In this document: in pieces, positions 43,131 to 53,500 of the stretch
Position numbering within the stretch: the first letter of the stretch is position 1
Layout of the letters: each line of letters opens with the position of its first letter
NCBI GenBank assembly: GCA_947260005.1
Contig: CAMYOL010000010.1
Location: 26,227-90,226, forward strand
Direction of reading: 5' to 3'
From: an uncultured Ectothiorhodospiraceae bacterium
GTDB lineage: Bacteria; Pseudomonadota; Gammaproteobacteria; UBA6429; Thiohalophilaceae
Length of the DNA: 64,000 bases
Translations under genes and position numbers: made by a program
The notes under the pieces: generated by a model
What the model was told of the DNA's origin: nothing
Seen by the model: only the letters and a program-made list of their open reading frames with translations
Databases searched by the model: none

Positions 43131-43563
43131 TTACCCTGTTTCCGTATAAGTTAAACCATCACATTAGTAACAAATCTCCATTACTTTTTCTGTGATTAAG
43201 TTAAGATAATAATTTTAAAATCAAAACTCTATAGATAATGTAAATAGTATAGCCATACAACTTACTTTTGTTATTTGCATGAATGAATTATTGCCCTGTT
43301 GGGTTGATTTGTATCAACAAACGTTCATATAAGTAATCAAGAAAATACTAAATGGTATGAATATAATTAATTCAAGCGATAATTCATGCAGACTTAGTGA
43401 GGGATATTAATTTTTTATAACACTAAAATAATTTTTGTTACCGTTTGCCGTAGGCGAGCCACCCCATTGATTTTAAATTATTATTTCAATGCATCTGCTT
43501 AAATTGTGCTAACTAGCAATATAAAAAAAGGAAGTTTAATCTACTAGCTGTTTTTATGGAGTA

Positions 43564-44517
43564 TTAGCTAGTAGAAAAAGTGCCCTGGTTCTTATCAATT
43601 ATTTTTGGAACCTGAACCAATCCTTCCCCCATATCTTCTTTTGGAAGTTTCATGTCTTTCGCTGCCGAGAGCAGTTTATCTTTAAGTTCTTCTGCCCCAA
43701 TACCAGGATATGCTTCGGCCCACAGGGCAGCAACACCGGCGACAAACGAACTGGCCATGCTAGTACCATCCAGACTTCGGTAGTTTTCAGGAGGTAACCA
43801 GGCGCTATAGATGTCCACCCCGGGGGCAACTAAATCCATTTTACCGCCAGCTGAATTAAAAGAACGGTTGCATCGTTCATACATCTTGCCGAGTTCATCG
43901 ACAGCACCCACGGCCAGTATAGATGGGCAATTTGCAGGATGACTGATTGGAGATAGGCGGTCGATGTCACGATAACTGTCGTTACCCGCCGAAGCGATGA
44001 TTAATGATCCTTGTGCCAACGCTTGCTGTGCCAGCTGTTCAAACGAGGGGGAATGGTTTTCGCCGTATCTAACTTTGTTACCTAGGGATAATGAAATGAT
44101 CTGGCATTTCATTTCGAGAGCCCATTCCAATCCTTGTAATACATAACGAGTATTGGCCATACCGGAATCGGGCAACACTTTGGCAATATATATTTCAGCG
44201 CCAGGTGCTACACCATAACACAATCTTTTGCTTGACTTATCGGAACCAAAAACAATCCCCGCGCAATGAGTCCCATGGCCATTGCCATCATGAACAGTCT
44301 CATTGACGGCAAATGATTTTGAATGGATTACTCTAGTATTGAAGTCTGGATGGTGAAGGTTCAAGCCGGTATCTAGTACTGCAACTTTTATACCTTTGCC
44401 TGTATAACGTGTGTTACTAACGCCTGTTTGTTTCAGCCCCCAGGTCATTGTCAAATCACAATCTGTCCCGTTTGTGACTGAAGGTAGCACCGACTCTAAT
44501 GTATTAAGCTTCGGCAT
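43564..44517 (-). CDS. Subtilisin-like S8 serine peptidase lacking a signal peptide and a recognisable propeptide
   Basis: 317-aa ORF. The catalytic triad is in canonical contexts: VAVLDTGL (Asp), HGTHCAGIV (His), GTSMASSFVAGVAAL (Ser). The oxyanion Asn is in SAGND. The ATG lies inside the last codons of the 3238-aa gene, giving a 14-nt overlap. Confidence 0.9.
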   Translation of the reverse strand: MPKLNTLESVLPSVTNGTDCDLTMTWGLKQTGVSNTRYTGKGIKVAVLDTGLNLHHPDFNTRVIHSKSFAVNETVHDGNGHGTHCAGIVFGSDKSSKRLCYGVAPGAEIYIAKVLPDSGMANTRYVLQGLEWALEMKCQIISLSLGNKVRYGENHSPSFEQLAQQALAQGSLIIASAGNDSYRDIDRLSPISHPANCPSILAVGAVDELGKMYERCNRSFNSAGGKMDLVAPGVDIYSAWLPPENYRSLDGTSMASSFVAGVAALWAEAYPGIGAEELKDKLLSAAKDMKLPKEDMGEGLVQVPKIIDKNQGTFSTS

Positions 44518-47500
44518 ATGACATCTGACTAAAGGTATTTATTTTATCCACTTCGAGAAATAACCCACTCAATCGTAATATAGGAAGATCATTATCTGCT
44601 AAAAGTGAATAAAACGTGGTATCAAAATGAAGCTTGCCATCAGTTAACACAGGTTGATGTTTTTCAAACCAGTTGGTAATAGCATTCGCCAGTGACTTTA
44701 TTTCTGCATCTTTATTTGTATCATTAATTTCTTTAGGGGGAATCAGGAAACAAGGCAGCATAATTTCTGGACCAGTTTTTTCGATATTACGATAGCTATA
44801 ACTTAGGATTATCTTGAGTGTGGTCGGCCTAATTTTATTCTGTGGTTTTACCGAAAGCAGCTCATTTAGCAAAGCAGCCAGAACTGTTGTTAAATCCGGT
44901 TCGCTTTGTTGAATGAGGCTTGAAATATCCAGTTCATTAGACCTTTCAACCAAGGGCGTCAGGGGATTCACAAAACGACTCATCGGTGTCTTATAAATGA
45001 ACTCATCTGATGTTTTCTTTTCTTTATCGCTACTGAGATTTGCATTACGCTCGACGTGTAGGCCAGGCCAGGCATTTTGCAGCAGTAGTACATCAAGATA
45101 GTCAAACTTTATTGTTCTGGCAAGTGGTGGCACAGCCTCGTCCTCCCCATCGAATTCCAGATATTTTTTCCCACCAGGTTTTTCTTCATTAAAGAAATAA
45201 AAAACCACTTTATTTTCCTTTTCTATATGCTTAACTTCAGTATGATACTTCTCAATTGTTACGACCGGCTTGCTGATGTAATCAATTTTTTTCTTTTCTG
45301 GACCCTCGGTTGCAAGCCAGTCTGTCATTACAATTTGAAATCGCCCGGGTTTTTTATTATTGTCCTCCGACTCCATAAAACCTTCTTCCAGAACGAAGTT
45401 AACTGCAACAACATCTGGTTCTGATCCGCTTTGACCAGAAGCCTTATTCGGATTAAACCGGTCATGCCACGATGTCGCTACCGAATTGACTAATGTGCAG
45501 TATGAATCAAGCAATTTAACGAGATTAGATTGCTTGCTATTATCAGCATTGAACTGTGGCAATAGGTATTTCAGATCGTTGAATATTAGTTCTTTGGCCT
45601 CATTAAATTGGGCCAGACTTTCGTGGAGGAGCCTGTCCAGTTTAATCATATCGTAATTATTTTTACTAAGCAGGGTTGAACGTGCCAGGCGCTCTTCATC
45701 TTCTACATATTTGTTTATATTTTTGCAATTAAATAATACTTCCAAGTGCTGACGATCCTGTGCGACGTATTGTGGGAGCACATAGGAAAATTCATAATCA
45801 ATTTTTTTTGCTTGCTCAATATTTAAAACATCATCTTTTTTTTGTATTTCGGCATTAAATTGCTGAGAAACCCAATCAGGAAGTTTTGGATAAGACCGAA
45901 TCGGTATTGGAACAGGAGTAATGATATCCTTCGAGTCGGAAAAGGGTTTGATAAAAGATAACCATTTAGATACGGAATAATTTTTTATGTCATCAACATC
46001 CGTCTGATCAACTTTATCACCCAACTTTCGGATATCATATTCCAGGTGATTCACCTTATAATCTATTTTAAGTGAAATTTCTGACTGATAATTTTCAGTT
46101 TGAGTATTAAATAGATACGTCAAAAAAGAATTATTCGATTTTTGCTTATCTTTATCCGTTCCATTTAGAGCGACTTTACCTGTGGATAATGAAAAATTAG
46201 CGTCATCGTCATTATCTTTTATTTTTGAAGGTGATTTTTCATCTATAATCACATAAGGCTGTCCATATAAGTTTGGTGCAACCTCAAATAACGGATTACT
46301 CACATCAGGATATTTACTAACAATATCGGCATTGTACTGTACTATTGCATTTGTCTTATAACCATCAAGTAGATTAATAAGAAGCTGTTGTTTTAATTTT
46401 TCACGCGCCACACCGAGGCCCTTTTCATCCAGGTCCTTAAGAATCGGTATGGTTTGATAAGCTATGGCTTCTGCGACTTTGTGTTTGGCATTTAGCATTC
46501 TTCGTAGAAACGCATTCTCATTTTTATTATCAAGGTAATGATCTAACATGGTAATGGGTATACTATATTCCGGGCTTAATATGGTTTCCATAGCTTCCAG
46601 GTAATCAATAGCCCAGACCTCCGGGTCTATCATGCTGAAACTTTTTCTTTTTAGATCTTTTTGCGTTGGTGCTACTTTATATTCTGCATAGGGGTATATC
46701 GGCACATTCTCTAATGTAACGAGATGCGTAGATAGAGGTTGCGGCGCATAAAATGCTGCTTGTTTATATTTTATCGAGTAACCAATACCATCATGATTAG
46801 TGTTACTGCTTATACGCACCACCCATAACTCCTGTTGTTGTTTACCTTTTGTATATGCAGTACACAACTTCATACCTGGATAAAGATTTTGAAAAACATC
46901 CGCCATCGCTCTATATCCTGCTCCCGAGCGATAAATATTTATTTCTCGTTTATCTTCTCTAATAGTATAGGTTTGCCCAGCAGCATTTAATCTCCATTCC
47001 CTACCTTCTTGTTTAACCGTAATCTTGAATGGTTCTTCTTCTCCCCAATCTATATTTTGTAGTCCATTTACTTCTAGACTCTTCAGTTCGTCACGTAGTT
47101 TTTCCGGTAGTATCTTTTTATTTAGCTCATCGACTAATACTTTATCATTATCAGCAATCGATAATATAGCTTTGGACTCTGTTTTTGGCTTAATTATCGT
47201 ATTGACTGTCTGAACTTCCGGCACATGCACGAATGCCTTGTCAACCAGCTTCTTATCGCGAGCTATGCGAAGTATTATCTCAAGCGGAAAAATATCATCC
47301 GGATTGAAAGGTTCGGTTATTTCTTCAGTCCATTCATACAATTTTTCAGTAATTAGTGGAATCGTATGATTCTTGACAGTTTCCTGCATGTTTATCTTGT
47401 CTTCAATTTCTTCAGATATTGTTTTTAATATTGCGAAGAGTGCACTAAGCTTGCTGACAATAACCGTCAACTGACAACCGATAGCATCCTTCAGTTTGCC

Positions 47501-50500
47501 TGCTTTATTTTTTGTTTGCGGATAGGATGAAAAGGAAGGAATCATTGTACCATTCTTCTTTATATACTGTTTTGACATCGAAACAGTATAGGAAAACTGC
47601 ACGTCTTTCTGTTGAATCTGGTCAAGTGCTTTTTGGTATAAATCCAAATCTGATTCTACTTTATCTTTAAGACCGATAATGCTTTCTGCATCATACCCGG
47701 ATTCTGTATTATCTGTTTTAGGCACATATTCATCACCAGGATTAAAGTGAAAATTGATCTGAATATTTCCTTTATTATTTTCCGTCTTCACAAACTCATA
47801 ATTGACATAAAAATGCGGCCACTGTGACAGTGCTATCAGATAATCAAAGTACTTAATCTTAAAGTCCAATATAAAATCTGGTTGTTTTACTTGATTACCA
47901 TAATTATCCCGCCAGCCAAACTCCATCGTTAACGACTGATTCAATCCTATATACCGGCTAGGGGATCTATGCTCCTTTTTTACTAATTTAATCAACGGGA
48001 AAACCCTTTTGTATTTCCAGGATGCAGTCAGATCATCGGTTTCTTCGTCGGGTTGAGATTTAGTAGCATCTTTCGGGCAATAGTCCTTTTCCGGTCCCAC
48101 GGCTAAACCTTCGCCAGTTTCCTTAAAAATTCCGCCTTCTTTTATGGTAAAATCCAATAGATCATATTGTGTCTCGAACTGGTACTCGAACATCTTCGAG
48201 GGAACAAGTCTTCCTGCGCCATCACTGTATCGCACATGTGGATTTTTTCGTTCTATCTTAAAACCGGCATGACCAGGTAAAATAGCCGGCACACGCACAA
48301 TCTTCCCCTCCTTCAGACGCGTTTCAGGCTCAATAATTTTTTCGTCTTCATCCGTCCCAACAAGCCACTCTGCAAACAGTACGCTTTGCTGTGTATCTAT
48401 AAAATGGTTAATAGTGACACTGTTCATATATGGCGTAATCTGTTTGCTTTTCTGGTAATTGATCAACAGAAAGATTTCCGCCAGTTGATCATCATTAAAA
48501 AGAGTATCCGGAATTCCATCACCGTCGCGACTTTTAATATAAAGATAAAATCCACCTGTCCTGACCAATGATGCCTTCCACAAACGCTTAATCATCTCCT
48601 CGGCTGTCGTGCCTGGAGTACCCGAACCATCCGACGCATTGGTCGTTAGCGTGTCTGGGTTGCTTTCTGTAGACAAATTCGTATTTATTAAGAGCGTGGT
48701 ACAAAACTCATTATAGGACTGCAAACCCTCCGTTTCGTTTTCCTGAGGATTGGATGGAAACAATATTTGCGTATTTTCGATGACACCTTTATTTAAATTG
48801 ACCAGTTTTACCAAATCCGTTAATAACTCTATACCCGCCGCATCCGTACCATAGACTTCATATGTATTATTAGTAATCTCATTACTGGATCCATCCTGTG
48901 GAATCTTTCTTATGGTAATTGGTAATAAAGTACTCCAGTTGAATTCTGCTTCCTCTAGATATAACTTTTGTAATGCCACATCTTTACGAGGCTGAGTACC
49001 AATAACCATACTAAGTTCTGGTTTTTTATGTCTGGCTGTACGTAACCCGGGAGGAAACCGCCAAATATACGGAGTAATACTACTCTTGTTATTATCGGTC
49101 TTAGAGTCTGTCGACGCCTCACGCTGCCATAATATTGGATTACTAAAGGGGAAGGTTTTTAACTGATCGTTATAGAGTTTTATGGTCACCGGACCCAGTA
49201 TAATTTCTGGTGAAAATGCTGCTATAAATTGTTGATAATTTTCGGCCGTTCTAAGCTCAATAGCTTTAGCTTTATCGCCATTTTTTTCAAACTTGTGTAC
49301 CAATTGGGCAGATTGACGACTATCCTGGGCTGAATCATCTATTTGTCCATTAAAAATGACCCATTTAAGCTCTTCAGAAGTGTTTCTTGCCGGTGTCTTT
49401 GTGAGAATGACCTCATTTTGTACTGGTTTCCCGGACTCTTTCTGCAGATTAAATACAAATTGCTGGCCGGTCAGGTTATATAATGAACTAGTTCCGGCGT
49501 CATTTTGTTCTTTATCTTTGCAGATTTTATTTGGTAAGCGAAGTCCAGACATAAAAAATCGACTGGCCGTACCCGCAGCATGTCCGAATGCATCATTGAG
49601 ATACATATTATGTAACAGCTCATCTACGGGTAAGTGACAGGCATGCTCAACAATCATAGTTTCGTCAGTTTGAAGAATATCATTGCGCTGATTTTCAAGG
49701 ATTAGATCGCTTAAGGCGATGTTATAAACATTAGCAATCGATAGTAGTGTTTCGTTTTTGTTAACATTGTGCTTTATCCGGGGGAGGAGTATTTGTTTGA
49801 ATTTTTTAAGTCTTGCATTTTTAAGTTCATCAAGAAGTCTATCAATAGTTGACTCTTCTAAGCGAAACCTTAAAAACATTGAGTCGAGAGTGACACCCTC
49901 TTGAATAAATATCTTTTCGTGCAAATTAAGCTCAAAAAAGTCATTGGCAAATTCATGGCTTATTGATTTTTTTTGCTTTATTCTACCATGCTTTTCTAAT
50001 ATACCGGCTAGCGTGTCCCCCTCTTCAATCTTATAGAGAACTCGCACATCAATATTCGCCTTTGGTATTAACGTTTCCGGTCTTTTATAAATCGCATCAA
50101 TCAGTGACATTATTTTTGCGTCATCCAATCCATATCGATCAATAATCGATTTAAAGCTATCTCCTTCCTTCAGTACAACCTGCTCTTCACCATCGATTGT
50201 TATTTGTGCACTTAAAAATAACTTTCTATTCTTATTCTTATCAAAAAGCAGTTGTTTTACGAGATTTTTAACCTGCCTCTCCTTTTGAATTTCATCACCT
50301 GTCAGTTCTAAATTATATTTTTTTACTATCTGGGCAAGGGTGTCATTGGTTTCAACAGGGTGCTTTATTTTCTCAACAGTGAGTATTTTTCCGGCATTTA
50401 AAGTGTCAGGCTCATCTTTAATATTCTTGATTAGCGAGAATATTTTTTCACTTCTTAACATTGAATAATAGGTATCTGACTCTGTTAGTTTGCGATCAGA

Positions 50501-53500
50501 TTCGTTATTACCATCAGTTTTTTTAAAGATCGCCTTATCACCATTTAATTCTACAATTAACCGCACCGAGTCTTCACTTATAGAACCTGGAATATCAAAG
50601 TCATATTTTTCTTTTTCAAGCACAGTAGCAATGGTGTCTCCGCTTACTACGGAATAATGGGCTGCTGGTATTATCAGGATTTCGCCAGGGTTCAATATGG
50701 CAGATTTATCTTTTATGCTATTTAACCATAGGCCTGTATGATGATCATTAAGATCAAAATCATTGATTATAGAATTAAGGCTATCATTTTTTTTAAAGCG
50801 GTATGGAGCCCCATTAATATCAATATTTTTATCGACAATGAACAGCTCTTTATCACCATTGAATACCAACAGCTGTTTCCTTAGGCTATCCTTTATTGAT
50901 TCGGCATCTTTGAGCAGAGGTTCGGCACCGTTGAGCCTGCTGTATCTCTTCAAAACTGTTGCAAGCGTATCATCTTCCTCAATTCTGATATCTATTGGAA
51001 GTGTTATTATTTTATCAGCTTGTAAGATTCCTGGTTCATCTTTGATTTCATTCAGATCAAACACTTGAAGCACAGAGCTTAAGGTATCATCGACTGTTAG
51101 CTTATGGGTTTTACCACCAACATTAATAACTTTATCTTCGGTAAATATCTTTTTATCAATATTATATTCATAAACCTGGTCTAGCCGTATCTTTCCAACG
51201 GCCTCTCCTTCCTTCAATAGACCGTATTTTTTTAATATTCGAGAAAAAGTGTCACCCTCATCAATGACATGGTCGTCAGTGGAGATTGTCACTGTTTCTC
51301 CTGTCACTAAAATACCTTTTGTATTTAAATTTGCATTAAGCAGTAGGGTTGTCTGTGCTTCATCAAGTTTTTTATTTTCGATAATCGAATTTAAGGTATC
51401 GCCCTCCTTTATCACATAATCCTTATAATCATCCTCCACCTGACTAACATTTCTGACATCTATTTTCTCACCAGTAATAAATATTGGTTTAGCACCACTT
51501 AACGTTATGATCTGTTTTCGTAACATGTCAGAGATCGAGTCAGCACTTTTAAGCAGGCCAAACTTCTCGAAAATCGACGCCAGGGTATCATCTTTCTGGA
51601 TAACATATTGAGTGCCTGAAACATGCATCTCTGCACCTTCTTTCAATATGGTATCGCTAATGGCATTCGTTATTCCAACGGAAATGACATCAGCGGGATT
51701 GGCATCACTCTCTGCCGGTGAGTATTTCTGTGTAATTGAATAGAGCGTTTCGCCTTCTGATATATTGTGGTGATAAGATTCCAGCGCATCACGTGCGCTC
51801 TGCAATAAAGATTTTATAAGCAAAAGAAAGTAATCACGAAACAATAATGTTGCCAATGACTGCGACTCAGGCTCAGGCTCACCCTCGCTTTCGAATCCTG
51901 GTTTTCTTTTGTCTTCTGGAAGTTCGACGGAAAACCGGTTAATTAACTCGTCAATAGTAGCCCGATAATTTTCACTTACCTGATTGTGAGTGGAAAATAC
52001 AATTTCATCCATACCGAGCGCCTGTAATGTTAGCCCCGGTATCATAGGAAATAGCGCCAAGTGCAGAAGTGGATTTTTATCCTCATATTCAAGACCAGGC
52101 TCCTTTCTAAGCTCTTCGATGACGTCTTTATCATATGGATCAATGATATTAAGAATGAATAAACTGTGGATAAATTTACTCAATTGTCCGTCGGTAAAAG
52201 GGACTTCTCTGCTTTTTTGGGTTTGTTCCAGTGTAAAGAGAATATTGGCCAACTTCACCGCAGTCACGTTACTATCGAATAAATCAGCTAGCGTATTAAT
52301 AGGCGTTTCTTTCGCTGCATTAAGAGCCCAACAAAATGCGGCCACCGCAATTTGCTCAAAGGGTAACAATTCACGGAAGTTATGACTGTTAATCTTGCTA
52401 TCACTGATTGACTGTTTACCTGGATTATTGCTGTAGCGGGCGAAAAGCATCGCGATGGCTGCACTTTGTTCGTTTTTGTCGTCTGCAGTCGCGGTAAACT
52501 GGGTCAAGTAATAAATTTCGATTAATTCTGGTTCGTCCTGCTCAAAATTATGACGCCAATCCAGGGGAATAGACTGATGAGCCGCATGCTCATCCAATCG
52601 TTCCAATACAGCTGAGTGACTTCCATTTTCAATATCGAGCGCTTTCGTTCCCACTGATGGCAACGCTTTCCATTGAGCCTTTTCATTGCTATTACCAATT
52701 TTGAATTGATAACTGATACTGGTACTAAATGACAGCCTAATATGGATAGTGAATAGCCCGCAATTGATACTGAACCGTAGCGACACCGACACGCCGGCAA
52801 TAAACGAAAGTTCAATAGGCTCACATGCCTCAATAACGACAGTGGCGGCAGCATAAACGGTCATATCCAGAGTAGCACTGATGATGGCAAAATTAACTGT
52901 ACCCGAGATCCTGCCAACGATGGCGAAGGTACCGCTTAGTCGATAATAAAAACTTTCATATTTTTCCGGAATACTACTTGGCTTATTGAGATTAAACCAG
53001 GCCAGGGTTCCTTCGACCACACCGATAAAGGTTATAATCGCGGTCGCCTGCAGGATACCTTTATCAATGACTTTGCCGACGCCCAATTGCAGGCCGATAC
53101 CAAATTCTAATACGGGATTAAACGTCCCATTACTGCTGACCGGCAGTCTACTGGATGTGGCGCCGTTCAGCACTGCAAAATAAAATCCGCCGAAGCCCAC
53201 GAAGGGAAAGACTTGTACGGCAAAGGAACTGGAAAAATCTAGATCACGCGGAAAGCCGAAATCGGTTTTAAAATTTCCATTCGTGTAGATATCAACACCG
53301 ATCTGTGGCAGCGTGACAGAGACTGCACCAAACTCCATGCTACGAATATATGCTGGCAGAACTAATTCTATCTGATAGACGCCAATGTCATCCGTAATCT
53401 TTTTATATAGAATCTCAAATTGCAGGCCAGCTAATGACTTTGCCTTTTCACCCTTAAGGCTAATAAATAGGCCGTACAATACCGGATCATTAAAGACTAT

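Noticed and set aside
43500-43563. Possible terminator just downstream of the S8 gene.
   Set aside because: The ACTAGC elements there are direct rather than inverted repeats. I could not draw a convincing stem followed by a T-tract.
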